In this document: one piece after another, positions 29,556-40,828 of the stretch
How the letters are laid out: the number at the start of each line of letters is the position of its first letter
Position numbering within the stretch: the stretch's first letter is position 1
Made by a program: the position numbers and the translations under genes
Assembly: GCA_044868145.1 (NCBI GenBank)
Contig: JBIOWE010000004.1
Location: 203,197 to 267,196 of the forward strand
Source of the DNA: Patescibacteria group bacterium
GTDB lineage: Bacteria; Patescibacteriota; Patescibacteriia; UBA10025; JBIOWE01
Length of the DNA: 64,000 nt
Reading direction: 5' to 3'
Notes under the pieces: model-generated
The model's input: the letters and a program-made list of their open reading frames with translations, nothing else
Databases searched by the model: none
Told to the model about the DNA's origin: nothing

Positions 29556-29951
29556 TTATACAATGTCATTGCTTCCGACAGGAATTTTTCTCGGGTCAAT
29601 TTGAATCTGCAAAAGGGGCGACCCGTCTTTCGTAATGAAGATGAGCGCTCGGTCGTTCTCGGTTTTGTCGAGGATACCCGTTTTGTATGGTACTAATGAA
29701 GCGCCATACGTTTTCCCTAGAATATCTTCCGTCAGTCCAAGCGGCTCAAGGGTAATAATGAGGCGGTGACTCACCAAATCGCTAAATTCCAGCTTTACGC
29801 CGTTTGGAACGAACTCATATGATTGCAGCACGTACACTGTTATTGCGTCACCCTGAATGGGCATCACAAAGAAAATGTAGAGCGTAAACAGCAGACAAAT
29901 ACATGTTAACAGAACAATGACGATGTTTTTAAGGTTCAAGAGCTTCTTCAC
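29556..29951 (-). CDS. Small membrane-anchored protein (131 aa), hypothetical
   Basis: GTG start preceded by aaaaaggaggagg. N-terminal TM helix. Confidence 0.55.
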   Translation of the reverse strand: MKKLLNLKNIVIVLLTCICLLFTLYIFFVMPIQGDAITVYVLQSYEFVPNGVKLEFSDLVSHRLIITLEPLGLTEDILGKTYGASLVPYKTGILDKTENDRALIFITKDGSPLLQIQIDPRKIPVGSNDIV

Positions 29952-30019
29952 TGCCTCCTCCTTTTTAGTTTTTATTTTTGAACTTACGATTGTAGCAAAA
30001 AGGAATCTTTTGTCAAGGG

Positions 30020-30727
30020 TTATGAAAGTTCGTATGTCATATCCTTTCGCTCCACCACAATAGTCCAGCCGCGGCGTTTTGCTATTTGGTACAAACTTGC
30101 GTTCGGGTTAAAAGCTATTGGTTTATCGACGAGCGTGAGAAAACTCGCATCCGGCACCGTGTCGCCGACGCCGATTGAATGGCGTAAGCTGTGCCCGGAC
30201 GTTTTGATGTATGATAAAAGAAATTGTTTTTTCACCTTTCCAAGGTCAAGGAGCACTTTACCTGTGTAGAGCCCATTCTTTCCCACTTCATACATGGAGC
30301 CGAACGCATGGTTGAATCGCCAGTGTTTGTTGAATTCTTCCACAATTTCTTGCGGTGAACCAGAAATCGCGACCAGATGATACTTGTCGCGCAACGAATG
30401 AATCAAATCACGCGTGTAACGATACACGCGTTTTTTCATAGTGAGTATGACGCTCCGTGCCACACGGCGCACGTCGACAGCTCTTTTCCCCCGAATCGTC
30501 TTAGTAAATTGCCGAACAGCAGTTAGAATGTATTCTTCATAGCTTCCTTCGCGGTCCATCCAGGCGCGCTGTTTTCTTTTGATCGGTTGCAGGATGTTCC
30601 GCGGCAATACGCCCGCTCCCACAAGCGCAAAGCAAAGCTCCAAGGTTAAGCTCGAGCGAAAAATGGTACCATCAATGTCGAATATAGCAAGGGGTGGCTT
30701 CTTATGTTGTTTGCCGTTTGCTTCCAT
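30020..30727 (-). CDS. HAD-superfamily hydrolase (subfamily IB-like phosphatase)
   Basis: HAD motif I (LAIFDIDGTIF), motif II/III equivalents, and a C-terminal GDT/D. Confidence 0.75.
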   Translation of the reverse strand: MEANGKQHKKPPLAIFDIDGTIFRSSLTLELCFALVGAGVLPRNILQPIKRKQRAWMDREGSYEEYILTAVRQFTKTIRGKRAVDVRRVARSVILTMKKRVYRYTRDLIHSLRDKYHLVAISGSPQEIVEEFNKHWRFNHAFGSMYEVGKNGLYTGKVLLDLGKVKKQFLLSYIKTSGHSLRHSIGVGDTVPDASFLTLVDKPIAFNPNASLYQIAKRRGWTIVVERKDMTYELS

Positions 30728-30737
30728 AGATGCGCAA

Positions 30738-30809
30738 TGGGCGAGGATGGAGTCGAACCATCGCCCCCGTGTTTATAAGACACGTGCTCCACCGTTGAGC
30801 TACTCGCCC
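30738..30809 (-). tRNA. tRNA-Ile (anticodon TAT, i.e. UAU, decoding AUA). Unusual for bacteria. No CCA encoded
   Basis: Manual fold of the minus strand: acceptor GGGCGAG/CTCGCCC, D-arm GCTC-AACGGTG-GAGC, anticodon stem CGTGT/ACACG with loop CTTATAA (U33 and A37 present), T-arm GATGG-TTCGACT-CCATC. Confidence 0.7.
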
Positions 30810-30815
30810 TCGATA

Positions 30816-31475
30816 TTATTTATTATAATGATCTGCAATTGATTGTATAGTCATTATAATTTCTTCTTTAAGCCTTGCATCTCCAATTCCGATACCACAC
30901 GTTCCGTGGTGAAATCCCTTATGCGTCACCTTGATCATTTGACTAGATTTGATATAAGGTTTAGCAAATTGTGACCTGGGCATCCTTAACACTCTACTCC
31001 AAAATACTATCTCCCTTTCAATATCCATGTCTTGATAAAGATGAAGATCTATTTTAATCTTTTTTCTAGGAATTTTTAAAACCTTTACCAGCCAATAGAT
31101 GAAGAACTTTACTACATTTGGATCGGTATTATTAAGGTGAACGGAGCTATCAAATCCCTTTTTACCTTCCCCCCAATAAAGAAATAAACCCGCTAAAAAT
31201 AATTCTCTTGCAGATAGTGGCAGCCAGCGCTCCCTCGATTTTTCATAGGTTTTGGCAAGACGTTTAGTTTTTTTAAGCTCCATTGTCTGTCTAAATTTCT
31301 CAATACGTACGGAATTCCAATCTCGCAGAGTACGCATTTGGTTTTTGCTAAGTGGGTATTTTTGTAACCATCGACTCAAAGTACTTTTACTGACACCTAA
31401 AAGCGCCTTTATTTGATTGAAGCTCATACCCTCTAAACGATGTTTTATCGCCTTCTCGCGAATGTCTTTTTTCAT
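30816..31475 (-). CDS. AT-rich foreign-looking gene: N-terminal HTH (resolvase/transposase-like) plus LAGLIDADG-like (LAGLFLYWGEG) homing-endonuclease-like domain
   Basis: GC is clearly lower than in neighbouring genes. HTH segment MSFNQIKALLGVSKSTLSRWL. The LAGLIDADG-like motif is degenerate, so the domain call is tentative. The gene abuts tRNA-Ile(TAT). Confidence 0.45.
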   Translation of the reverse strand: MKKDIREKAIKHRLEGMSFNQIKALLGVSKSTLSRWLQKYPLSKNQMRTLRDWNSVRIEKFRQTMELKKTKRLAKTYEKSRERWLPLSARELFLAGLFLYWGEGKKGFDSSVHLNNTDPNVVKFFIYWLVKVLKIPRKKIKIDLHLYQDMDIEREIVFWSRVLRMPRSQFAKPYIKSSQMIKVTHKGFHHGTCGIGIGDARLKEEIIMTIQSIADHYNK

Positions 31476-31647
31476 ATTATAGAACTAATAAGTTGATTTC
31501 CAGGGAGCTTAATTCAATTGTACTACTTTTATCATTTTTTTCAAGTTACAAAAGTGGGGTCTTTTACAACACGACGTCCTGTAAAATTTCAACCAAAAAA
31601 AGCCTACGTCACAAGCAGGCTGTTAGGGCCCAAAGGTGAGCTATCCT

Positions 31648-32655
31648 TTACTTTTTTGAAAAGTATCCCGCTGCTTGCGTGAGAACGCGGACGATTTTGC
31701 TTGGCGCTTTTTGTTCAACAAGCTTGAGGAAGAGAAGCGTCCACGCGGAATATTGGAATGTTGCAAATGCGGCACCGAACACGCCGAGAAGAATGGTCAG
31801 TAGTAGGAGGCCGGCAACAATAACGGCAATGAAACCTGCTTGAGCCGCAAGGTAGAGAGAGATGAAGGCTAAGAGAACGAAAGGAATCGCAATGATTCCC
31901 GCGGCGAGGATAAGGCCAAGTCCGGCGATGAGGCCGATCGCCAAGACGAGAATCGCCATTTCAATGCTTACGAGCCAGTTTTGCAGAAACAACTTCCAGC
32001 CGTTTGCTAACGCTTCCCAGAACGTACTGCCCTTGACTACAATATATGCAGCCGCATATTTCACGATAAAGGAAATCATGACCGTGATGGGGACCAGCAC
32101 CAAAAATGCTACCAGCGTATAGAGGAGCGCGCCAGTTACGTTATCCTGCACAAGAAATACCGTGAAGAGTGGCAAGGCGATGACGAGATAGATTGCCCAG
32201 ATGAGAACTCTCCCGACGATGTTCACGCCCAAGACTGGCCCAAAGTAATGCATGCCGGCCTTATACGCGATATCCAAAGTCGTTTTTTGCCCGCGCTTGA
32301 GTTTATACGCGCTGTCGATGATCGCAGTCAGCGAGACAACCGTAAGCCAAACGACCGTAATAACGATGACCAGAAAAACAAAAAAGAGCAGAATGCCTTG
32401 AAACGGATATGCCTGAAAAACGTCCTTTATGTTCGCAAGGACGGTGTTAATGAACCCAGTTTTATATAAATCTTGTAAAGTAAATAACGTATCGGACGGC
32501 GTGGAGATATTCGTATAGTTGCGGAACAGAACTTCTGCTTCGCCGCCGTTGCCCGCGAGCGCCGCGAAAAAACCGAAAATCCAAAGATATTTATTGCGCC
32601 AGGTTAATTGCCACGCCTCTCTTAAAACAGTACGATAAAGCGGTTTGTCTGCCAT
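31648..32655 (-). CDS. Polytopic membrane protein (about 336 aa), hypothetical
   Basis: The likely start is MADKPLYR at 32655. The track ORF extends upstream across the ftsH 3' end. Confidence 0.55.
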   Translation of the reverse strand: MADKPLYRTVLREAWQLTWRNKYLWIFGFFAALAGNGGEAEVLFRNYTNISTPSDTLFTLQDLYKTGFINTVLANIKDVFQAYPFQGILLFFVFLVIVITVVWLTVVSLTAIIDSAYKLKRGQKTTLDIAYKAGMHYFGPVLGVNIVGRVLIWAIYLVIALPLFTVFLVQDNVTGALLYTLVAFLVLVPITVMISFIVKYAAAYIVVKGSTFWEALANGWKLFLQNWLVSIEMAILVLAIGLIAGLGLILAAGIIAIPFVLLAFISLYLAAQAGFIAVIVAGLLLLTILLGVFGAAFATFQYSAWTLLFLKLVEQKAPSKIVRVLTQAAGYFSKK

Positions 32656-32701
32656 ACTTTCCTTCCTCCTTTCGTCCTTTAGTATACCACAGATCGCGGC
32701 C

Positions 32702-34564
32702 TTAGGCAGCCTGGGGTTTGAAGAGCGCTTCGAACTCCTCTTGTTCAAGCGTTTCCTTTTCCAGCAGTTTCTTAACGATGAGTTCAAGTTTCGGGCGCAT
32801 GGTGCGAATGACCTTCCGGGCTTTTTCGTATGACTGCTTGATAAACGTCGAGACTTCTTGGTCAATCGCCTGCGCAACCTTCTCGCTGTAATCTCGCTGC
32901 TCGGTGATTTCCCGGCCAAGGAAGATTAGCTCGTCGTGGTCGCCGAATGTGCGGGGGCCCAAACGTTCGCTCATGCCATATTCCGTCACCAGTTTTCTCG
33001 CGAGCACGGTCGCTTGTTTCAAGTCGCTCGACGCACCCGTGGTGATGTCATGGAAAATCTCCTTTTCCGCAGCGTGGCCCGCCAAGAGAACAGAAATATT
33101 GTCGAGAAAATCCGCCTTGGAGTGCATGTGCTTGTCCTCTAGGGGAAGTTTGAGCGTGTAACCACCCGCCTGCCCGCGCGCGACAATGGAGACTTTGTGC
33201 ACGGGATCTGAATGCGGCAGGATGTGCGCGACAAGTGCATGGCCTGCTTCATGATATGCGGTAATCTTTTTTTCTTTTTCATTCAACAACCTGCTTTTTC
33301 GCTCTGGACCGAGCATCACTTTCTCAACGCTGTCGAAGCACTCTTGCAAGCTGATAGTTTTTTTATTCCGCTTCGCCGCGAGAATTGCCGCTTCATTCAG
33401 AAGGTTTGCGAGGTCTGCGCCTGAGAAGCCCGGTGTTCGCTGGGCGATTTTACGAAGGTCAACGCTCGTATCAAGCGGCTTCTTCGTCGAGTGCACTTTC
33501 AGTATAGCTTCACGATCCTTGATGTCTGGCTCGTCGAGAAACACGCGTCGGTCGAACCGGCCGGGACGCAAGAGCGCCGGATCGAGCACGTCTGGTCGGT
33601 TCGTTGCGGCCATGATAATGACGTTTGTATCCGTGTCAAAGCCGTCCATTTCCACAAGGATTTGGTTCAACGTCTGTTCTCTTTCGTCGTGGGAGCCGCC
33701 CAAGCCCGCGCCGCGCCGGCGGCCTACTGCGTCGATTTCATCAACAAACACAATGCACGGTGCGGATTTTTTCGCGCGACGGAACAGATCCCTGACGCGG
33801 GACGCGCCCACGCCGACGAACATTTCGACGAATTCTGACCCGGAAATGTTGAAGAACGGAACGTCGGCCTCGCCGGCCACGGCTTTTGCCAGCAGCGTTT
33901 TTCCCGTTCCTGGCGCGCCGATCAGAAGGACGCCTTTCGGAATGCGCGCGCCTAATGCGAGGAATTTACGGGGATTTTTGAGGAAATCAACCACTTCCTC
34001 AAGCTCGGATTTCGCTTCTCTGACCCCAGCCACGTCTTTAAAAGTGACTTTATTTTTGTTCGTGTCGTTCCGGACTTCACGCGCACTGCTCTGGCCAAAG
34101 GAAAGCGCGCGCGTATTCGCTCCCTGCACTTGCCGCATCATAAACCAAATAAAGAGTCCGATCAGGAGAATCGGGATGAGGAATGGTAGAATCGCGCCAG
34201 CCCAAAACGCGAAGGCGGATTCGCGTGCCACTTGAATTTGCACGACTTTCAGTTGATCCGGGGTCACCCCATAGTTCGAGAGTAACGTCGGCAGGGAATC
34301 GGTTTGTTCCTTCCGGGAGTGCAGTACCTCGCCGTTCGTCAGTGTAATGACCAGATCTTCGCCGTTGATCACAATTTTTTGCACTTCTCCTGCTTCAACC
34401 TTTTGCACCATTTCGCCGATGTCAATTTCCCTTGGCTTATTGAGCGAGGTGTTAAACAACGAAAAAACGCCCATCAAAATCAGGATAAAAAGAAAAAAAA
34501 TGATGAAATTTTTTGCAATATTGCGCATAGTGCGACGATCTTCTTTTGCAAAAAAATTATACAA
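32702..34564 (-). CDS. ftsH: ATP-dependent zinc metalloprotease FtsH
   Basis: Two N-terminal TM helices, Walker [22 protein letters not shown] region, zinc motif HEAGHALV. 620 aa. Confidence 0.96.
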   Translation of the reverse strand: MYNFFAKEDRRTMRNIAKNFIIFFLFILILMGVFSLFNTSLNKPREIDIGEMVQKVEAGEVQKIVINGEDLVITLTNGEVLHSRKEQTDSLPTLLSNYGVTPDQLKVVQIQVARESAFAFWAGAILPFLIPILLIGLFIWFMMRQVQGANTRALSFGQSSAREVRNDTNKNKVTFKDVAGVREAKSELEEVVDFLKNPRKFLALGARIPKGVLLIGAPGTGKTLLAKAVAGEADVPFFNISGSEFVEMFVGVGASRVRDLFRRAKKSAPCIVFVDEIDAVGRRRGAGLGGSHDEREQTLNQILVEMDGFDTDTNVIIMAATNRPDVLDPALLRPGRFDRRVFLDEPDIKDREAILKVHSTKKPLDTSVDLRKIAQRTPGFSGADLANLLNEAAILAAKRNKKTISLQECFDSVEKVMLGPERKSRLLNEKEKKITAYHEAGHALVAHILPHSDPVHKVSIVARGQAGGYTLKLPLEDKHMHSKADFLDNISVLLAGHAAEKEIFHDITTGASSDLKQATVLARKLVTEYGMSERLGPRTFGDHDELIFLGREITEQRDYSEKVAQAIDQEVSTFIKQSYEKARKVIRTMRPKLELIVKKLLEKETLEQEEFEALFKPQAA

Positions 34565-34619
34565 CAGTCGCCCCTCTCCTGCAACAGAGGGATGACTGTT
34601 TGATTGACCGAAGGTTTGG

Positions 34620-35783
34620 CTACGCGCTCTTTGGCTGCCCTTGCGGGATCGCTCCTTCCGCTGGAAGCTGTTCCTGTTTTTCCTGCTTTACGTTCGCTGC
34701 TTTGAGCGAGAGGCCAAGCCGATGATGATCCGGGTCTATGTTCAAAATTTTGAACTTGAGAATATCGCCAACGCGCACGAGTTCGGAAGGGTTTTGAACC
34801 TTTTTGTCTGCCAATTCCGAAATATGCGCGAGCCCGTGAATTTCTTTGTCCAGTTCCACAAACAAACCGAACGGGTTAATTTTCATGACCTTCCCTTTCA
34901 CCACTTGACCCACACGATATTTTTCAATCGCCTTTTTCCATGGGTCTTCTTTCAGGGCTTTCATGGAAAGAGAGAATTTCGATCTGTCGATGTCGATAAT
35001 TTTTGCGGTCACGCTGTCTCCGGTTTTAATAACATCGCGCGGATGGTCGATACGTTGCCAGGCAAGCTCAGATATGTGAACAAGGCCTTCAAGGTTTTCG
35101 CCAAATTCTACGAATGCACCAAAGTCCGCTACGCCGCTCACGCGACCCTCGATCGTGTCACCAATTTTGTAGCCGGCAATAACGCCTTGCTGCGACTCCT
35201 CCCACGCGGCGCGCTCGGAAACAATGAGTTTTTCTTCAGCTTCATCCACGTCGAGCACTTTCACGCGGAATTCTTTTCCCATGTAACTTTTGAGAATTTC
35301 AAGAATACGGTTTTTGTCGCCTCCTTCGACGCGTGGATAGTGTTCAACGGTCAATTGCGATACAGGGAGGAATCCTTCAACCTGGCCGATGCGAATAATA
35401 AGACCGCCTTTGTTCGCATCGAGAATGGGTACATTCAAAACCTCGCCGGTTTTTTTGAGTTCATTCAAACGATTCCAGGCCGCGACGTGCCCAGCTTCGC
35501 GAATCGAAAGTTCGAGTTCGCCGCGCTCATTCTCGAGTTCCAAAACCGTGGCTTGCACTGTGTCAGCAACACGTAACCCGCCGGCGTTCGCCGATTCATC
35601 GATGATTTCTTTTCCGCGCACGACACCGGTCATCATGCCATCTATATCGAGGTGAATTTCGTTTTTAGAAACGTTGAGCACCGTGCCCATCACAATATCC
35701 CCAACCTTGGGAATCTTTGGTTGGTTCGGCGTTTCGAGGAGAAGCGCTAGCTCATCTTTTTGTTTATTCGGTTTCTTTTTCAT
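34620..35783 (-). CDS. rpsA: 30S ribosomal protein S1 (four S1 domains)
   Basis: Repeated S1 OB-fold motifs (GxxVxGxVxxIxxfGaFVxl). 387 aa. Confidence 0.88.
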   Translation of the reverse strand: MKKKPNKQKDELALLLETPNQPKIPKVGDIVMGTVLNVSKNEIHLDIDGMMTGVVRGKEIIDESANAGGLRVADTVQATVLELENERGELELSIREAGHVAAWNRLNELKKTGEVLNVPILDANKGGLIIRIGQVEGFLPVSQLTVEHYPRVEGGDKNRILEILKSYMGKEFRVKVLDVDEAEEKLIVSERAAWEESQQGVIAGYKIGDTIEGRVSGVADFGAFVEFGENLEGLVHISELAWQRIDHPRDVIKTGDSVTAKIIDIDRSKFSLSMKALKEDPWKKAIEKYRVGQVVKGKVMKINPFGLFVELDKEIHGLAHISELADKKVQNPSELVRVGDILKFKILNIDPDHHRLGLSLKAANVKQEKQEQLPAEGAIPQGQPKSA

Positions 35784-35922
35784 AATTCATTCTCTTGCGG
35801 GGAATAACAAAAAAGCTCCATTTGTTGCTTTCCCTTCTTTCTTCCTTATCCTACGCCCATGGTAGAAAAAAATCAAGGATTGACCGTTCTACCCTTGAAA
35901 TGTGCTATAGTAAAGCCAGAAT

Positions 35923-36966
35923 ATGGCGGCCTATAGTTCAAAAATTCGAGCCGGAACGCTCCGTGAGCACGCACGCAAAATGATCCAAACGAAGTACGGC
36001 GGCAAGGTGAGCAAGGAGTCGTTCCAAAAATTCCTACGGCAGGACAAGGACCTGAAAGGTTACGCGTACAAAGGCGGCCAATCGTCTATCTCAAAATACA
36101 AGGCAACCAAGGCGCTTGGTCAGATTGCGCGAAAAGCGGCCGCAAGCGGGAAGTACAAACTAAGCTACGAGGCGCGCAGGATGGGAGTAAAAGTGAACTC
36201 AAAAGGCACGATCAGCGATATTGCCACGAAGCGAGCGTTTGAACGAGCTGCGCAGCAAGAAGCGCTGGCAACGCAAAAACCCACCGGTCCGACAAAAGAG
36301 GAGCAAGCGCGTGAAACGCGGCGGGGCGAGATGCTCAAGTCGTTCCACAAACGTGAGCGTGCCGATGAAGTGCGTAAAGAACAGCAAATAAAGCAAGATC
36401 CGCGCGAGCCCGGCATCCGTCAGTCAGTTCCTACGACGCAGATATCCAGCGTGGGCCGAGGCGGTCCGTCGTTGAGTTCTCTCGGGGTGCAAGAAGCCAG
36501 CCCGCGTATCCGACCAGCAGTGGAGAAGCCCGAACAGCCAGCAGGCACCTGCGCCGTGTTGCCATTTTGCATAAAGTTTCGCGATGATCAGCTTCTTGAC
36601 CTTTCGCAGAAACTGACAAGCAGGGCTATGAGCGCGCTTGGTGGGGCCGTTTCGCTTCGGGTTATGACAAAGGACGAGCTCGTTTATCATGCAAAACATC
36701 TTGGCCGAGAGATGCCGGACATTGGTGACTATGAAGAGATGGAGGAGTTTGCGTCTTCACTGCCCTGCACGTTCGTTTTGATCGGTGAAATAAGGAAAGA
36801 CGTGAGTAAGATTCAGGTGCTTGTATCAACGCTTAATCCAAAAACCAATCAAAAAATTCGTATCGCGGAACTTGCTGGAAGGGTCGAGAACGCGTTCGAA
36901 CTCCAGCAACGTTTGGCATGGGAATTGACCGAGTTTTTTCACAGGGGAAAAGCGAGAAAAACCTAA
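35923..36966 (+). CDS. Hypothetical protein with a Lys/Arg-rich disordered N-terminal half and a C-terminal TolB_N/CsgG/LpoB-like alpha/beta domain (AVLPF...)
   Basis: 347 aa. The C-terminal AVLPFxxxF...LS motif is reminiscent of periplasmic lipoprotein-activator folds. Weak call. Confidence 0.45.
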   Translation: MAAYSSKIRAGTLREHARKMIQTKYGGKVSKESFQKFLRQDKDLKGYAYKGGQSSISKYKATKALGQIARKAAASGKYKLSYEARRMGVKVNSKGTISDIATKRAFERAAQQEALATQKPTGPTKEEQARETRRGEMLKSFHKRERADEVRKEQQIKQDPREPGIRQSVPTTQISSVGRGGPSLSSLGVQEASPRIRPAVEKPEQPAGTCAVLPFCIKFRDDQLLDLSQKLTSRAMSALGGAVSLRVMTKDELVYHAKHLGREMPDIGDYEEMEEFASSLPCTFVLIGEIRKDVSKIQVLVSTLNPKTNQKIRIAELAGRVENAFELQQRLAWELTEFFHRGKARKT

Positions 36967-37006
36967 GAAAATAGGGTACTTTTTCACTTTACGGAGACCC
37001 GAAATT

Positions 37007-37678
37007 ATGGTACACTTGGAGTGTACGATTTTTATTTTTATGCAGATTACATGGCTTGGGCACGCCTGTTTTAAAATACAGGCAAAGGACGTGACAATCA
37101 TTACCGATCCCTATGACAAAGAGATCGGATTCGCCATGCCACGGGTTACTGCAGACATCGTGACCGTGAGCCATGACCACCACGACCACAATAATGTGGG
37201 GGCGGTGTCCGGCAGCCCATTCGTCATTGCGAGCCCCGGCGAATACGAGGTGAAGGGCGTGTTTATTTACGGCATTCCCTCCTGGCACGATGAGCGTGAA
37301 GGCAAAGAGCGCGGTCCGAACACCATATTCCTTGTTGAGATGGAAGGAATGCGTATCGCTCATTTGGGCGACCTCGGCACCAGCTTGAATAACGAGCAAC
37401 TGGAGAAGCTTGAAGGAGCGGACATTGTGTTGATTCCCGTCGGAGGCAAGTATACGATTGACGCAAAGAAAGCCGCGAACGTCATTAGCCAAATTGACCC
37501 CTCAATCGTTGTCCCGATGCATTATAAGCTGCCCGGCTTGAAGTTGCCGATTGATGGACTCGATGCGTTTGCAAAAGAGATGGGAGTGCGTGACCGGCAG
37601 GGAGTTGAAAAGCTGAAAATAACCAGGAAAGATTTGCAAGAAGAACAAACGAACGTCATCATTCTTCAAAAAGTCTAA
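37007..37678 (+). CDS. Metal-dependent hydrolase of the MBL fold (UPF0173 family)
   Basis: Motifs ITWLGHACF, SHDHHDHNN and HLGDLG. Confidence 0.8.
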   Translation: MVHLECTIFIFMQITWLGHACFKIQAKDVTIITDPYDKEIGFAMPRVTADIVTVSHDHHDHNNVGAVSGSPFVIASPGEYEVKGVFIYGIPSWHDEREGKERGPNTIFLVEMEGMRIAHLGDLGTSLNNEQLEKLEGADIVLIPVGGKYTIDAKKAANVISQIDPSIVVPMHYKLPGLKLPIDGLDAFAKEMGVRDRQGVEKLKITRKDLQEEQTNVIILQKV

Positions 37679-37684
37679 ACGCAT

Positions 37685-38074
37685 ATGAATCCAATGGACA
37701 GCGTTCAGCCTGCGAAAAGTCAAAAGAAAGTGGCCAGAAAAACTGCGCAAACGACGCGCCCTGTTTCGATGCCTGCTCAATCACCAACCGCATGGGCCGA
37801 CCCAAAACGACGGAAGCTTGTCATGCTTGTGACAACAGTCATGGCGGTTATTGTGATTGGATGGCTTATTTTATTGAAAACCAACGCGATTTTTACTGAC
37901 GGAGAAAGCGGGTCTGGATGGCTGAGAGTACGTACCAGTTTTGAACGTCTCGTGAATACTGTGAAGACCAATGTTCTGAAAATTTCTCCTCCCCAAGATT
38001 CGTCCAAAAGCGACGAGGAACGTATACAAAATCTTGAACAGCAGGTGTTCCCTGAGTTCACGAATCAAGAATAA
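37685..38074 (+). CDS. Small single-TM protein upstream of gyrA, hypothetical
   Basis: 129-aa ORF with a basic N-terminus and one TM helix. Confidence 0.5.
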   Translation: MNPMDSVQPAKSQKKVARKTAQTTRPVSMPAQSPTAWADPKRRKLVMLVTTVMAVIVIGWLILLKTNAIFTDGESGSGWLRVRTSFERLVNTVKTNVLKISPPQDSSKSDEERIQNLEQQVFPEFTNQE

Positions 38075-38076
38075 GC

Positions 38077-40545
38077 ATGGCAGAGCAAGAAACAAAAAAA
38101 CCCGACCACATAGGAATGGTTGAGCCGCGGCCTATTACGAAAGAAATGGAGGAGTCGTATTTGGACTACGCAATGTCCGTTATTATTAGCCGGGCGTTGC
38201 CGGACGTGCGAGATGGTTTGAAACCCGTGCATCGCAGGATTTTGTATGCGATGTGGGATATCGGTCTTCGGCCTGGTGCAAAATTTCGCAAGTCCGCGAC
38301 TGTGGTCGGTGAGGTTTTGGGCAAATACCACCCGCACGGTGACGCGGCGGTCTATGACACGCTCGTTCGTCTCGCGCAAGACTTTGCAATGCGCTACCCC
38401 TTGGTTGACGGCCAGGGCAACTTTGGGTCCATGGACGGCGACGCTGCTGCAGCCATGCGATATACGGAATCGCGTCTCGCGAAAATTTCCGAAGAAATGC
38501 TCCTTGATATTGATCGCGATACGGTTGACTTCATGCAGAACTACGATGGCACCCACAAAGAGCCGACGGTTCTCCCGGCAAAGTTGCCGAACCTGCTCTT
38601 GAACGGCACGGTAGGCATCGCGGTTGGTATGGCGACGTCCATCCCGCCGCACAACAGTCGGGAAATCTCCGACGCCATTATTCACTTGATTGACACACCG
38701 CAAGCGACCGTCGAAGATTTGATGAAGTTTGTCAAAGGTCCGGATTTCCCTACCGGCGGAACGATCTACGATCAAAATGAGATAAAGCAGGCCTATGCCA
38801 CCGGCAAAGGTTCTATTGTGATACGCGGAACCGCGGAGATCGTTGAAGACAAAGTTGGTCAATTCCGCATCGTGATCACAGAAGTTCCCTATCAGGTAAA
38901 CAAAGCTGCATTAATCGAGGACACGGCGAATCTCATTCGTGACGGCAAGCTTGAAGGGATTCGCGATTTGCGCGATGAATCGGACCGCGAAGGAGTTCGT
39001 GTTGTCATCGAGCTTAAAAAAGATGCGTATCCAAAGAAGGTGCTTAATAAGCTGTACACGCTTACGAATTTACAGACGACATTTCACGTCAACACGCTCG
39101 CGCTCGTCGACGGTATTCAGCCACGCGTCTTGACGCTTAAGATGGTCCTTGAAGAGTATATTAAGCATCGAAAAACCATTGTTGAGCGCCGCACAAAATT
39201 CGACCTTGAGCGCGCCAAAGAGCGAGCCCACATTTTGAAAGGACTCAAGATCGCCGTTGATAACATCAACGCGGTGGTGCGCCTCATTCGTCAGTCAAAA
39301 GATCGCGAGGAGGCGAAGCGTCAATTGATGAAGAGCTTTAAACTGACGGAAATTCAGTCGAACGCGATTCTTGATATGAAACTCTCTCAGCTCACGAACC
39401 TTGATCGCATGAAAATCGAAAACGAACTCAAGGAAAAACTCGAGCTTATCAAAGAGCTTGAAGCAATTCTCGCCTCGCCAAAGAAAATTTTAGGTGTGGT
39501 GAAGAAAGAGCTCGAAGAGCTAAAGCAAAAATACGGCGACGACCGAAAGACAAAAGTGAATCCGAACGCCGTAGGAGAATTCAGGCAGGAAGATTTGATT
39601 CCGAACGAAGCGACCATTCTCATGGTCACACGTGATGGATACATCAAGCGCGTGCCGCCGGAAACCTTCAAAACACAAAAGCGAGGTGGGAAAGGCGTCA
39701 TTGGCCTAACGACGAAAGAGCAGGATGCAGTTGAGCAGCTCATTTCCACCATGACGCACGCCGACCTTCTCTTTTTCACGACAAAAGGCCGCGTGTTCCA
39801 ATTGAAGGCATACGACGTGCCCCAAGCGTCGCGCACTGCAAAAGGTCAGGCGATTGTGAACCTGCTGCAGCTCGGGCCGAATGAAAAAGTGACTGTGGCA
39901 ATGTCCATGCGGGAACTCGGTGACTATAAGTTCCTCGTGATGCTTACGCGCAAAGGGACAATTAAAAAAGTGGACATTAGTGATCTCCGAGACGTGCGCC
40001 GTTCTGGTTTGATCGCGATCAAATTAAAGGGTGACGACAGTCTTGAATGGGTAAAGCCTTCGACAGGGAAGGACGATATCATGCTGATAACCTCGCAAGG
40101 TCAGTCCATTCGATTCAAAGAAAAATCAGTGCGCGTCATGGGCAGAAACGCGGCTGGCGTGCGTGGTATGCGCCTCAAAGGCAGCGATACAGTGGCGGGC
40201 ATGGATATCATTAATGAAGGCAAGGCGGAAGAATTTGAGCAACTTCTCGTCGTCATGGAAAATGGATACGGTAAACGTACGCCGTTGAAAGAATATCGCG
40301 TGCAAGGTCGGGGCGGTTCCGGTATACGCACGGCAAAGATTACGCCAAAAACCGGCAAAGCAATCGCCGCATTCATCGTAAACGCAAAGCTCGAAAAGGA
40401 AGACCTTGTTATTATTTCGAAAAAAGGTCAGGTCATTCGCCTGCCTTTAAAAACAGTGTCTGTCCTTGGCCGAGCAACTCAAGGCGTGCGGCTGATGAAA
40501 TTTTCGGAAGCTGGGGATGGTGTCGCAAGCGTGACGTTTGTATAA
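38077..40545 (+). CDS. gyrA: DNA gyrase subunit A
   Basis: N-terminal GyrA signature ([28 protein letters not shown]), active-site Tyr region, and C-terminal beta-pinwheel repeats. 822 aa. Confidence 0.97.
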   Translation: MAEQETKKPDHIGMVEPRPITKEMEESYLDYAMSVIISRALPDVRDGLKPVHRRILYAMWDIGLRPGAKFRKSATVVGEVLGKYHPHGDAAVYDTLVRLAQDFAMRYPLVDGQGNFGSMDGDAAAAMRYTESRLAKISEEMLLDIDRDTVDFMQNYDGTHKEPTVLPAKLPNLLLNGTVGIAVGMATSIPPHNSREISDAIIHLIDTPQATVEDLMKFVKGPDFPTGGTIYDQNEIKQAYATGKGSIVIRGTAEIVEDKVGQFRIVITEVPYQVNKAALIEDTANLIRDGKLEGIRDLRDESDREGVRVVIELKKDAYPKKVLNKLYTLTNLQTTFHVNTLALVDGIQPRVLTLKMVLEEYIKHRKTIVERRTKFDLERAKERAHILKGLKIAVDNINAVVRLIRQSKDREEAKRQLMKSFKLTEIQSNAILDMKLSQLTNLDRMKIENELKEKLELIKELEAILASPKKILGVVKKELEELKQKYGDDRKTKVNPNAVGEFRQEDLIPNEATILMVTRDGYIKRVPPETFKTQKRGGKGVIGLTTKEQDAVEQLISTMTHADLLFFTTKGRVFQLKAYDVPQASRTAKGQAIVNLLQLGPNEKVTVAMSMRELGDYKFLVMLTRKGTIKKVDISDLRDVRRSGLIAIKLKGDDSLEWVKPSTGKDDIMLITSQGQSIRFKEKSVRVMGRNAAGVRGMRLKGSDTVAGMDIINEGKAEEFEQLLVVMENGYGKRTPLKEYRVQGRGGSGIRTAKITPKTGKAIAAFIVNAKLEKEDLVIISKKGQVIRLPLKTVSVLGRATQGVRLMKFSEAGDGVASVTFV

Positions 40546-40578
40546 CGCTAGGCCGTAGTGCTTATGACAATAAAAAAC

Positions 40579-40603
40579 GACCCATGGGTTTAGGCCATGG
40601 GTC
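40579..40603. terminator. Hairpin GACCCATGG-(7 nt)-CCATGGGTC 34 nt after the gyrA stop (putative terminator or processing hairpin)
   Basis: 9-bp stem. There is an A-run upstream but only a weak T-run downstream. Confidence 0.4.
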
Positions 40604-40611
40604 AAAGGAGG

Positions 40612-40636
40612 TGTTTAGTTAACGTTTAACTAAACA
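40612..40636. repeat. Perfect 11-bp inverted repeat TGTTTAGTTAA-cgt-TTAACTAAACA
   Basis: Read directly from the sequence. Lies within the 700-bp gyrA-rpmF intergenic region. Candidate operator. Confidence 0.6.
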
Positions 40637-40828
40637 GACTGTAAAGAACTATTTAGTTGAACCATCCGCGGGCTGAGTCAAGGAGCGATCCTCTGCTCAA
40701 GTTCCTCTACCTCTAAGATGAGTTCTTTCATGTGCATTCTCACCTCCCTTCTTGGCTCAGTATACTCAACCTTGGGAGATATGTGAAGACGTTTTGTCTG
40801 ATGTAATATGCATAGGCTTAAAAATACT

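Noticed and set aside
33519-35576. Long antisense ORFs (238 aa within ftsH, 311 aa within rpsA)
   Set aside because: Both lie inside highly conserved genes on the other strand and have low-complexity Ser/Arg-rich translations typical of antisense frames.
40678-40737. 19-codon mini-ORF (MHMKELILEVEELEQRIAP) with a strong GGGAGGTGA SD on the minus strand in the gyrA-rpmF gap
   Set aside because: It is too short to call as a gene without expression data. It is noted within the structured-intergenic finding as a possible leader peptide.
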